The translations under genes and the position numbers were made by a program. Below, piece after piece: positions 13,972 to 26,600 of a stretch of DNA of 64,000 nucleotides. The DNA comes from Marsupella aquatica (Eukaryota > Plantae > Marchantiophyta). The stretch is from contig OZ316894.1 in assembly GCA_973895155.1 (NCBI GenBank), forward strand, positions 15,864,699 through 15,928,698, written 5' to 3'. The notes under the pieces are model-generated. The model did not search any database, was not told the origin of the DNA, and worked only from the letters and a program-made list of their open reading frames with translations. Every line of letters starts with the position of its first letter. The stretch's first letter is position 1.

Positions 13972-14165
13972 TTTCTACTCCATGTTGCAATTCTCATATC
14001 CTTGAACATACAATAGAGGTGAACATTTCTACTCCATGTTGCAATTCTCATAACTAGCCTGATTATCCCTTCCTTGAACATACAATAGGGGTGAACATGT
14101 CTACTCCATGTTGCAATTCTATAAGTAGCCTAATTACCGGTTCATGAACATAAAATAGAGGTGAC
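13972..14165. repeat. Three-copy tandem repeat (units ~54-73 bp)
   Basis: CTACTCCATGTTGCAATTCT...TGAACATA.AATAG.GGTGA occurs three times. Confidence 0.85.
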
Positions 14166-16028
14166 GACAAAAGAAAGTTCTTTACAATTTCCCCTTTATC
14201 TTTGCCCCCATCCTTCTCGTCTATTTGCACCCACTTTCAGTGGTGTCGTGAGTCACCAGGCTTCACTACAGACAGCAGGCCCAGGGAACTTTTGGATTAG
14301 AAGAGGAGGAGCAAAAAAAATTGCATGCCCCTTCCTATTTTCTGTTTTTTGGTCTACATCCCTTACTCTTTGTGTGCACCCTCACACCCTTACTCTCAGT
14401 TATGCCCTCACTTAAAGGTACAGACTAGAGGCTTCATTCTAGAGAGTAGGCCCAGGAAGCAGCTTCCTGTTGTGCTATATTAGTAAGATTTCACGCCTGA
14501 AAATTGTAGTTGTATCACCTTTCTCTGGACAAAAAGTTTGCACAAAAATTAATATATCTTTGAGGTGGAATGGGGAGGGGTTCTGGTCTGTTACCCTGGG
14601 TCTGGAATGATCAAAAAAGCTTCCCAGGTTGCCGCTGATTAAGTTATTCCCACATTCCCAAGATAGGGTTTCAGCTCAGTAACCCCATGCCAGACCTTGG
14701 TTATCCAACAAGTCTTTGCTGACTGCCCATTTTTTGAGCATAAATAGAGACGAGTACATTCAACCAATTACCCCTTCATCAATTTGCGTTGGATTGGTTT
14801 CTAGTGAATACACATACACTGCACCATCCCCAGAGACTCACTCTGCCCACTATCTCCAACTTCAGGTATGCCCCTAGAGTCACAATCTAGAGACTTCACT
14901 CTAGGCCATAGACCCTAAATAGTAGGTTTGCATCTAAACTATTCAATTAGATAGTAGTCATGGTCAGATGAAACTCAGCCCAAAAGTTAGGCCAAAAATG
15001 ATGCAAACATGATGGGGGTAGTTTTTTTAATCAGAAAAAAAAGTTGGTTTTGTTGCTCATGTTGGTGACATGGTGCACTCTGGTGCCAAATATTTTACAA
15101 GGGACCTCTCATGGGGGTCTCCAATAACTCTCTATTGCAAATTATACATTCTAACTAGTGTAGTCCCTTAATTAACAAAGTTTCTGCACTTTTTACGGGT
15201 CTAGTTAGAGACTCTTGTAATTGCAAAAAATCTGTGAAAAATCCACATCATCCCATAAATTCTAAACCATTGGATCTGTGTAATTGGACCATCTAGATTC
15301 TTTTCATGTGTGAGCACTTGTGTGAACACTCATGTGAGACAAAAGTGAGAACTTGATTCTCAGCCATTGGATGTTTCTAATTGGAGCATCCAGATTTCTT
15401 GCATGTGGGAACTCTTGTATATTCCTTGGATGTGGGACACTTGTATGCAGAATCATGTGGGACAAAAATGAGAACCCGGCATTAGAATATTAGACAATGT
15501 CCATGCAATCATGTCACACCAAAATAGATGCATGTACGTCATTTTTATTAACCATGTCATAATGAATGAGTGGACATGTCCAATTAACTTACCCCTCATT
15601 CCATGTCTCCACATCCATTTTACATCAACTTGTCATCAAACAATATGATACACTACTATCCCCCAAAAGCACTGTCATTTTTACAAAATGAGGAAAAAGT
15701 GAGAGTAAATCCTAGCCCTTTATCAAAAATTAATTTTTTTGGCACCATCAGATCCACCTAGACACCCCACTAGACACTCCTCCCAACTCAAATGTCTGTA
15801 AGAATGCCTGCTCGCATTTGCCAAAAATGAAAATTATAATAAATTTTGGAAATTTTGGAAAAATCTGAATATCTAAACTATTATTTAAATACACATATCA
15901 AGAGTCACCTACAGATAAAATAAATAAATAAACACTCCCTCATATTGTGCGACCATAAATGGACACCCGTCACATGTGCCCATGCACAGACCTTTTCCCT
16001 CCCCAATAGCAACACTTTCACAACAATA

Positions 16029-16361
16029 TGTTAAGGATTGCTCTTAGTCTTGTGACTCAAAGGTTACGGCACTTAGGCTAACCACAGTTAGGGTCTTAGC
16101 TGAGGTTAGGTTAGTCGTGTGTGACCTTGTATATACCAGGGCTAGTGTAATCCGCTGGGGTTGTGTGCTTACTCATTTGTAACGGAGCAACTTGAGGAAG
16201 AGGGAGAGAATGTGTGTTCATCTACTCTTGAAGTCAAACTTGAGTGTTCGTGTGGACGTAGCCTTGGAGAAGAGGTGAACCACGTAGAGATTGTGTCGAC
16301 TACGTGTGCATGGAATGAGTCATGGTTGCATGGTCGTTGCGAATGACGTCTTAGTTCAACA
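16029..16361 (+). mobile_element. Solo LTR (333 bp), probably Ty1/copia
   Basis: TGTTAAG...TTCAACA termini flanked by a 5-bp TSD CAATA (16024-16028 and 16362-16366). It has an internal TATATA and a GTGGACGTAGCC...GGTGAACCACGTA motif typical of plant copia LTRs. Confidence 0.85.
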
Positions 16362-17769
16362 CAATAACCTCGAGGGCCTCACGCCAAGGGGTCTCATATC
16401 AAGCGCAAAGTTTTTGGGGAAAGACACATTAAACATAAGTAAAAGTTTTAATCACTGATTTTTTAAACACAAATTCTTTTGACTTTTTAGAATCTTCTTA
16501 TAATTTTCAAAAATTGATTAAAACAGCCCTAATGTTCTTCCACAAAAATCTATTAGTCTTTCACAAGATCCTATAAAAAAACCTTTACTTATTCGTACAT
16601 TATGGGTAGGAAGAAAATAAGCGAGGACCCGTGGACAACAATGACCAAACTGATAACAGTTTTACAACATTAACAACCCAACCAAAATGAGGAGACTTTT
16701 GCACCCATGAAGTATGACAAACAATCAGGCCCGTGCTTTTTAATCTGATGCACTATCATGGTTGTTTTCCAAAATTTGACTTTTTTCATCCCAACAAAAG
16801 ACTGTGAAGCAAAACATGGAAGGGGTCAAAGAGACTGGAAAAAGGGGAGGGGCAATGATCAAGGAGAAAGTGGGAGGCACATGGATGGGAAGACATGGCC
16901 TTCGAAGCTCAATGGATGAGAAAAGGGGAATGCAATGATAACTTTTATGCAACACATTCTTTTACATACCTACATATTGTATGCCACTGTAACATCCGTT
17001 GCACAACATCATACTTTCTGCAATTATATCTTTTGTACATCTTTTGCACAATGACATCTTTTATGCAATATCATCTTTTATGTCATGTCATCTTTTGGGT
17101 AATGACATCTTTTACACTAGAACATTTTCAATTTGCATAACAATATCTCTGGTGTAATACACAGGTATTGAGCTAGTTTTGCATAACAACCAATCACCCA
17201 AAACTTCATTATGTTCTGTAGAGCCCTTAATGGTGGATGATAGGAATTTTATAACATTACCAAAACTAAACCTCAACTAATATTTTACCCTCGAGTCCTT
17301 GCAACACTCAATGGTTTCACCATTGGGTCGTTCCAAACTAGCCAGAGTTACTTTGGTTAATCAAGAGTGGAAAAAGGTGGGATTATCATGATTTAACACA
17401 AAATAGTGACATAGTATCCAATTCTATCATTTTGGTGCCCCTCGAGCCTGCAGTTGACCAAGGATGCACTACACAACAAGGGCACATGAGAACCTTCAAA
17501 TCAGGTTGGACTTATCTAGAGAGTATTTGTAGTAGTGTTACCAGTTTGGGACAGGCTCCTTCTTGGGCTTCTTGAGGCATGTGGGTATCAAATTATGTGT
17601 TAGTTGGCTTGCAGTAACAACTTGTTGGGTGTACTTGTGTGCAGCTCTTCAGAACTTTTCTTACGAGGACTCTAAGTGGATTGCAGGAGTGTGATTCCCC
17701 ACCAATCAAGCAAAACTTGCTTGTGCATTGAAGCTGACTAAGCCAACTTTGTCATTTAGATCATCTTAG

Positions 17770-18760
17770 TTTGTGCTTTTTAAATTCATTTTATTGCAAT
17801 GGATAGAAATAGCTCCAACTTAGTTTATCACTTACAGAATAGACATGGTGGACTATTTTAGTAAAATCTTAGTAAGTACCAATGAATGTCAAAGTTAAGA
17901 ATATCACAAACACAAAACTAGTCAATGATTAGTTTTCCACAGAAGACAGATGTTGTGACACAAATGCCTTCTAAGTAATTTACCTAAGCCCACCTTAAGC
18001 CAAGTTGACACAGGCAGATCAGACCTAAGCTGACCTCAACTGAGCCAATCTGACCAGAAAAAACCTTGTCTAAGCCAAGTTGGCCTTTGCCAACCTAATC
18101 TATCTAAGCTAACTTCAAAATTTAAGACCAATGTTGTGCATTTTTTAATTTCATTTCTATTGGATAAAAAAAGTGTGAGTCTACTATTTAATAGTATAGA
18201 CATAGCCGGATACTCTGGTAAAAGCTGAGTACCCGATTGGAACTTGAAGTTGAGACATAAAAACAGATATTCAAAGATATATAAAATAGACAAAGATAGC
18301 CAATGATCAGTTTGCCACATATACACAAATCCGGGCACAAAGGTGATTTACCTGAGATCATTTCACTTAAGCTGCTTTACCTAAGCTGACCTTAAGTCAA
18401 CCTGACCTAAGCAGATCTGACCTCAACCAACCTTACCTAAGCCAAATTTACATATGCTGACGTTACATACGCTGAATTCAAAACTTAGAGCATGGTTGAG
18501 CATTTTTAACTTTCATTCGTACTTGATTTAAAAATTGAAAGTTTTAGAGCTCATAGAATATACATGGTGACCATATACTGTGGCAAAATCTTAGTACCAA
18601 TGGAGCATGGGGTCAAGAAAAAAAAACAGGCAAAGATAGCCAACATTTGTCGGATTAGTATGCCACATAAGACATAATTAAATGCCTTTTAAGCTGATTT
18701 GACCCAGGCAGATCTAACCTGAGCCGACCTCATCTATGCTGATATGACCTAGGAAAACTT
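17770..18760. repeat. Degenerate tandem array of about three ~360-bp units rich in ACCTAAGC micro-repeats
   Basis: An anchor of the form ATA(G/T)ACAT....G(T/C)AAAA.CT.AGT recurs at ~17839, ~18196 and ~18558. Blocks of (G/T)ACCTAAGC(C/T) lie at 17980-18110, 18350-18470 and 18690-18750. Confidence 0.6.
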
Positions 18761-19892
18761 AAAGAAAAACAATATTCATTATGGGAGCTTGTTTGTTTGG
18801 GTTTGAGTGGTCCTCACCCTCTTTCCCCCTTTATTCCTAAAAAAAACAGAAAAACAATTCAATCAATCTACAAATCAATGTGGCATGGAAGAACTAGGAA
18901 ACATTAAACCTTATAACTCTTTCCATGATATGTGAAGGGTAGTGAAATGAATGTCTTTTTGCATATGAATGGACATCCTTATTGCTAGTTGTGTTGAGAT
19001 ACATGTGTTGAGGAACCAGGGTTCAACGCACAATCTATCTTGAATTAAAAGATGTTTGGTTCACCCATTTTAGGGTGCGTCCTTGACCAAAAGGAAAAAT
19101 TGACTATATATATTAACACCATACATTGGCCATAGCTTAATAGCACTAATTCATGGTAAAGTACGCTGTGTTCAGAGAGTTAACCTATTTAACCACTTGC
19201 TTGAGTTAGGTATCAACAAGTTGTTATCCCTTGCTACTCTCAACAATGTTGTTATAAATGGGGCACTTGTTGAAGAACCCTACATCCTAATTCTCCCTCA
19301 CCCACCTTCCCTTACCACATCAAAGAACTTTCCTTTTGGTTTAGTGGTCTCTTCCAATTGAGAGAAAAGTGGTTAGAAATTTAGAGTTCAATAATGTTAC
19401 CAACAACTCACAACTAGACCCACATACTGGTTCGTTTGGTTACGGTGCTGCTTAAGCTCTCTTCGTTATTCGTGGGTTTTCTTTGTATTCTCGCCTAATT
19501 GGGTCGCGTCTTCGCCGATCCTGTCGTCCGATTGGCCCCTTTGTTCTTAATTAATATTAAATTCTGTGTGAAATACTATAAAATTCTTGCCGGGGAACAT
19601 CTGCTCATTTGCCGCGTGGGGACTCCGTTCGGAAAGACTTTACCAAATAGAGAATTGGCTGAGGCGACTCAATTAGATTTCCAGTGGAGTGGTGCTCCTG
19701 AACACTCTTGAATGTTCTAGTAAGTGTTTTTCCCGTTGCACCGGGTGAGAGGGTTTGGCTTCTCGCTTTCCTAAAACCTGTCGAAGATTTTATTGTACAA
19801 TAGTTGTTCATTCGCTGATTTGTTGCGGAGCGGGCGGTGGACTTCTTCTGTGTTCTTCGAGGACCTTGGAATTCTTCATTATCTTGAGAACA

Positions 19893-20571
19893 GAGCGATT
19901 GGACCGGCAGCGTATTGTTGTACGTGGGGCGACATCACAGTTGGCGTCTTCTCGGTCTTGATAGTACAGAACAGGACTGTGATTCGTGATAGACGGCTTA
20001 CATCTTTCGAAGCCGTGCCCCGGACCTTCTGGTTTGTGTGAAGGGCAGTGAAATTTGGGCGAATTGGCCTGGCTGGCTTGGATTCTGGGGTTTGTGCCGT
20101 CAGTAGGGTTTCTCTTGGGGGCGCCTTCGTCCATCCGTTATCATGGTTTGTTTCTATCTGACCCAACCTTTTTCTTGTTTTTGATTTCTGCTCTTAGCGA
20201 TTCTGTTGCAACCCGATGGCGTCACGAGGCTTGTAGGATGATAATGTTTGGTTTAGGGTTCGGTTTAAGGTTTGAGATTTGTTCGTCTGTGAGAAAACCG
20301 TTGGTACTGTCACGAAAAGCTATCGACCTCTTCTTCTTGTTCTCTGTTCCCTGATGGTAACGGTGGTGCGATAATTGGGGAGATTCACTTTTCTGTGAAG
20401 GAGACGAGGATCTATTCGGTTACTATCATGTGTAACAGTTGGGGTTGTCCACCTGAATTAACCTCCCCCCAAAAAACTCTGAAAGTATTTGGGTAATTTT
20501 AGCAAAACGTTCTCGTTTAAGGTGAAAATCACTGCTACTACAGTTGAATGGTATTCCGATGGTTGGTAGAG
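19893..20571 (+). repeat. Copy 2 of the ~680-bp duplication; 5' leader/intron of CCDC130
   Basis: Aligns with 9775-10450 and ends at the candidate ATG|GTATTC at 20548. Confidence 0.9.
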
Positions 20572-22987
20572 TCCACTTGCTTCGCTCGATTCTCTCTTCG
20601 AAAGAGAGTCCTCTGTGGAAGAAACGTGTCTTCGTACTTACAGGTTACCACTCCCGCACTTGTGGTTTGTAAATTTAGTTTTTCCATCCTGTCTTGCTTG
20701 TCCACCCCAACCTTGCCACAGGAAGAAAGGGCCTTTCGCGTCAACCGTAAGGATTTCTCGACAATGTAAACGATGACCATATCAACCGTCCTATGTTGTT
20801 TCCTGAGTTGTAGGAACTCCTGCAAAATTTGCCTCTTAATGGTCTATGGATTATTCTGTGGAGTTTATTTGGTTCTGCCCTGACACCGTTTCTTTTGGAA
20901 TTGCAGTCGACTCTTGCAGCAGCGAGAGCTGATAACTTCTACTATCCGCCAGAATGGGACCCAAGCAAGGTACGACCCTGCTGATCATGGTTAAACTTAA
21001 AATACGGTTCATGTCGCGTTTCGGGTGAAAGCAGTAAATTTTCCTGCGACGCGGTCAGAGTTTGGCGATGTCAGAGCCGCATCTGTGCTGTCAAGCCGTC
21101 TTGCGTGGATGGACATGGTTGCACAGACTTATTAGAAGTAACAATTGTAATTATACATTTTACGACGTCGATTTCTGAGATAGGTGGTGTATTCTGTAAT
21201 GATCCAAGTGTTTTCTTTTTGATGAACATTGTAGGGAAGTCTCAACAAGTTCAATGGGCAACATCCGTTACGAGAGAGGGCCAAAAAAATCGACCAGGGC
21301 ATCTTGGTCATACGGTAAGTTTATTGTCTGAAGGACAGCAGCCCGGTGCACATTCGAACGAATAGTTGATTGACTCTTTTTGGAATTCAAGTACGTGGAT
21401 TAGGTTTTTCGATGCTAACAATCACGAAAACATTAGTGGCAGTGTGGTGCGTGTGACCTCTTAGCAGCTGGAGATTGGAACAGAGAGATTTCATAAATGA
21501 TGCATCTCTTCCCGACATATGTACATACACTTGGTTCACAGGGCTTGTGTCTTATTCTAGGATATCGTATAGCTTGACAGGACAAGCAGATAACTGGCTG
21601 TGGATTCCAGTTGGTCGTGAATGTACCTGAGACAGTTTGTATTAATTCATCTTTGTGACACACCTTTACAGGTTCGAGATGCCCTACCACATATGGTGCG
21701 GAGGTTGCGAGTCTATGATTGCCCAAGGGGTCCGTTTCAACGCCGAGAAGAAGCAAGTGGGAAATTATTACTCTACGAAGGTACTTACTTCTTCATCACT
21801 CCCTTGAAGTTCAGGTTCTGTACTTATTTCAACTTTATCAGTGACAAGCAGTTGTTTTCAGAACTCGCAGTTTTAGCTGCCTTCGTTGCTTGCTGATTGG
21901 GTATGTGTGTGTGAAGATATGGAGCTTCAAGATGAAAGCAGCTTGCTGTGGCCAAGAAATTGAAATTCAGACGGACCCAAAGAATTGTGAATACAAGATT
22001 ATAAGTGGGGCAGTTCAGAAGACTGTGACGTATGATGAAGTTGAAGCAGAGTCAATGTTACTTCCGGAGCCAGGAGGTAAGCGTCTAAAAAATTAAGAAC
22101 GAACCAGCTGTTATTCTGGCTAACCAGCCTCAATGGGAACTAATTGAGCCTGATTACAGCGGAGCCTCATTTGACCGTGACTGGTAATTTCCTTCTAGTG
22201 TTGCTTTTAGCAGTTCTCTAGACCTAAGTTCGTGCGTTCTTCCCTACAGATAGGGAAAAGCTTGCCGATCCTATGTACCGGCTAGAGCATCAGGGAGAAG
22301 ATGAAAGGAAAGGGAAGGAGTCTGAACCTCTCCTGGTTCGGTTGCAACGATCTGCTGACTTGAAGCACCGTGACAGTTATAGCCGAAATAAGGCTCTTCG
22401 AGCTGGGCTAAGGGTGGGTATCGCTTTTCTTTGTAGATCACTACGTCCAGATGCTTGTAAGAGCTCGGTCTATGTATAGTATGATTTGATGCTGAAATGA
22501 GGCTTTGGAAGTTGTTGAAAACTTTGCACGTTCAGATTCCATGTCTTGATTTATGTAATTTCATCTCTGTTTTGATGTTATCCAGGCTCAAAAGAAGCGC
22601 GTGGCCGCAGAAGAGGCAGAAGCAAAGAGTAAGGGTCTTGGCATCAGATTACTGCCTGCGTCTGCAGCAGATGCAGAAGAAGCTGCGAGTGTGACATTTG
22701 CACAGAAGTTTGAACGTAACAGGAGGAACAAGCGAGCTGAGATCCGCGGATCATCAATCTTTTCTACTAGCTCTGTTTCACAGAGCAGGGCAGGTATGCT
22801 GAGAAAGGTTCCGCATAGTTCATCAGCTAGCGAAAAGCTGCACCTACTAGCGAAGAAGAGGCAAATGAATTTGCTTGGTGTTCGAGACTTGTTGATCGGC
22901 AAAGTCAAACCTTCTTCCAAATCCTTAATGGTTAGTTCTATTCATGGTGGGTCTGCAAAGCAATCTGTAAAAATAATACCTGTGTAA
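20548..22987 (+). CDS. CCDC130: Splicing factor CCDC130/YJU2B (CWC16 family)
   Basis: Exons (ATG probably 20548-20550), 20907-20969, 21235-21314, 21672-21780, 21917-22076, 22250-22413 and 22586-22987 give STLAAARADNFYYPPEW..GSLNKF.GQHPLRERA..ILVIRFEMPY.IWC.GC...[37 protein letters not shown]...DPMYRLEH. All introns are GT-AG and in phase. The position of the ATG exon is inferred. Confidence 0.93.
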
Positions 22988-23630
22988 AGCGTTAGTTTTA
23001 ATCGTCTTCCTCTTTGCGAGTGAAGATTCCTGATGCTGTAATTCCGGCTAGATGTGTTCAATAAAGACACATACGAACAAAAATGATACACAGCACTCAG
23101 ATGTAGCAATTTTTGTACCAGACTGGCTAGTCATCCTAGTTTTCCCATAGGATTCCTAATTCACCTTTGGGCAACCCTCAAAACTGCTCGAAGTGGCTGA
23201 ATAATCGTTGCTTGTATAGCAGATCTCCCATGCCAAACCATTTGTACAAATCTCTTAGGCTCCTTATAAATAGCAAGAAATGGAGTGATTCTTATGACAC
23301 TTGCGTACCCTTGTTATGACTGTTCTGGAATGCATTCGTGACTACCTGAAGTCTTTGTTTACATCGATTGTGCCGTTCCTTTGACAATGGCGTTGAACGT
23401 ATGAATGTTCGAACGGACATATTGATTGTGTAATGCATTTCACTCAGATCCCACGTAGGAACAATGTTCTGATGGTGATGGCATTAATTAATGAGTTCAC
23501 CCAGACGTTGAACATCATATTTTAGTTTCAATCGAAATATTTCTTAAGCACGATTCGAAACTGGAGGATTTGGCATAATACTGAATTTCAATCGGACTGC
23601 AGTAAATTGAAGGCCTGCATCATAGACCAT

Positions 23631-26600
23631 TCAAGCTAGTATATATACAAGATCATCCGGGTTGACGATACAATCTTTCGGTGGATTAGTTAGCACATAA
23701 GCTGTTGGAGCACCAAGGGTTCCTCGAACGCGATACAAGCCAAGAGCCAAGATGCCTCTGTCTTGAAGAAGCGAGAGGAACAGAAAAGAATACACTTTGT
23801 TGGCGTAAACTAGGGGAACCGGGATCTGATCAAGAACTCGTGGACGGTCAAAACTCAATCCTTCCTCTTTGGCAATAAAGCCTCCTTGCACAAGTTGCTC
23901 CACTATGGACATCGCGTTTTTGTTGTAAAAAGTTGAACGCCTGCAAGGTTCACCAACCAAAGAAATTACGTCAAACGCGAACGAACTGTCTTCGCAACGA
24001 GGTTGTGGTAAATGTTTCTTTGATAAGTACTGTACGAACTTGTGCTCCTTTGTTAGCGACACATTTACGGTCGTCGTTAAACACGCAGTCAATCTTTTTG
24101 TTGTTTTGAAAAGAAGTGTGTATATAGATACTTGACGTACAAGAGGAATCCAAGCATAGTGGAAGAGAGTGCTCTCCCTTCCATATACGGGGGCCCAAAG
24201 TGGACAAGAGCATCTTTATTTCGGCTGATATCCTTCTTGACAAAATGGTGAAGTGAGATTTTGTATTGAGGTTGTAAGAAGTGGAAAGCCTCGGCATGTT
24301 GCATTTCTACCAACATTATCCCAGTTGCGCTGGGGCCATGCAGTCTCTGCACATTAGCTGCAACAACAATGTTCTCCACATCACTTGTAAACGCAGCGGG
24401 AGGCCGTTTCTTATATCTGAGACTGTCTTGCAGTCCTACTTCTCCTAGATCCACGGGTATTCCCTGATCGGCGAGTATGACTACTTTCACTGCGCAAGTG
24501 AACGTTCAAGCTCAAGTCAATACATACACCTGTCCAAGGATTGTTGTCTGAGATCAATTCATGCCCAATTTTGCAGCTCTGCTATGGTGGCTCCGACACC
24601 CTCTTCGACAAATACATTATTATGTTGGTGATATCTGCAATTGGCCTAATGTACTTAATCTGCAAGATTTACAGAGCAATATTTGTGTAGGATAATACAC
24701 TCATTTGGAAAATTGGTTTTTCCACCAGAGCAGCATTGCCCAACTCACTGCAACAATGAAGCTCTACTGAAGATCAAAATCTGATCTGTGACTTTTCCCT
24801 AATTCTTTTTCAGATTTCTGAATCGGTGGCCTTACATGCCTGTAGAACTCCGCCTCGCATCAAGTCCAGTTCGTATATTGGTGAGCCTTTTATGAAGAAC
24901 ACATCTGGAAAGATGCCTACTGGGCCCCATTGTTGGGCAGTCGGGTCACGAGGGTACAGAATAACGACAGGAGGATTTGGGAATCTGGGCTTCCGATGCT
25001 CTCCCAGAAAATAGAACAAATTTGCAGGCCAACCAGCTTGGCAGCAAACCAATATATGGGGCACATTGAATGCCACCATAGCGACCTTCCTCTCTTCCAG
25101 GTTTTCCATGATCAAGTCTTCTCTTCGTTCAATCACGACAGGGTGGGGGCGCTCATCTTTGGACAGAGGAGGCCAAGCTAGAAGTGTTTCAGCAGCTTCC
25201 TCCAAAGACATTCCTTTCGGAAAGCGGAATCCAGTCTTACTCTTAGAACGCTCATTGACTTTGAATTCATCCTTTTTATTGCCTACATTCTCCAAGTCCA
25301 CTTTGGATGTGACATGGTCTCTCCAATCAGGAAACTCCTTGCTAGTGTAAACGCTCTGAATAGCAGTTCTCAAGTCACTCTCCAATCTAAATTGACTGCT
25401 TTGATCATGATGGTGCGTGGGAAACACTTGAGAGCCCTCAACGCCGAAAGTGTTACTCGGCACCAGCGAAGCCCGCCGATGTTTTTCCATGCCAATACTG
25501 CTCCTTCTCCAGGTACGAGTTCTTGGATCTAGAAGCTGAATGCCCTCTGTAGTCGTGCGTCTCATGTCGACATTTGTTGTGAGATTCTCCCATAGCCTTC
25601 CACTAGGTGGAATGTCGTCGTCACTGTCTTTATATACTGCAATTGCAAATGCTATGCTCAAATCAGTCGCGATCACCATGCCAACATCATCCTGCCGAAT
25701 TAGATAGTCTTTTGGAAAAAGTAAGACCCTGCGTGCTCTGCTTCCAGTTGATTTTGTTACCACTTCAGTGTCCACTGCAAACAGTGTACTACTAAATTTG
25801 ACGTAGACGATTTCTGCAACCTGTCCGTCCCCGAATCTCTCAGCAGAGTAATGGTAATAATTATCGGATTCTAGTGAATATTAACTAGGAAATCTCATTT
25901 ATCAGAATCGGTAACTGTGAAGTGATTCAATATCGTACTTGCTCCAAAAACTGAACGTTAGTCTTTTTCCTTGGTGCACTGACAGACTAAGTGAAGGGAA
26001 GCAGTCACTGTGACTGAGTAAGGCCCTTCAATAAAGAATGCAGTATCTCAGTTTGCCTGTTTCCAGTCATACGAGGAACGTTCCTTAGCGAACTTTGTCT
26101 GTCGATACATCAAAGATACTTTAGATTGTTTTGCAGTCTCTCTTTCTTACTTGCGAAAGACTAATTTGAGAAAGAGACTACTTCAACAACCCTTTGTAAA
26201 CCTCTCAATGAAGAAAATCACACCTCTTCAAACTTCAGATTGTGAAATGCCGCTGGTAGAATGACTGGATAGACCTCGTTGTCGAAGCTATGAAAGTACT
26301 CTGTCAAGAAATGCGGGCTCGGCGTATACTTGAGCCTGAGCTCTGATGTGAACAAATTCGTGATGAAAGTGTACAAGCCCTTGACAAAGCAACTGTCAAG
26401 TGCATGTAGAAAACACTGTCAGAACCAAAATATGAAGTCCCACCACCAACAAATCAGTCATTTGCGACTTTTTGCACACCGTCAAAAGATGAAGTAAAGA
26501 CATGAAATATAGCTACTGGAAAGAACCACAATAAATCTTTGGCCGGGCCATTTGCAAGGAAGCCAATTTCGATTAAGAGCTTCTCACAATTTACGAGGGG

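Noticed and set aside
13972-14165. Repeat with variable intervening sequence that looks CRISPR-like
   Set aside because: The intervening parts are themselves homologous, there are only three units, the context is eukaryotic and there are no cas genes. It is an ordinary tandem repeat.
23941-24140. Apparent frameshift between channel ORFs 24089-24490 and 23631-24092
   Set aside because: Explained by a 200-nt GT-AG intron that restores the frame (GFLL/RSTFYN).
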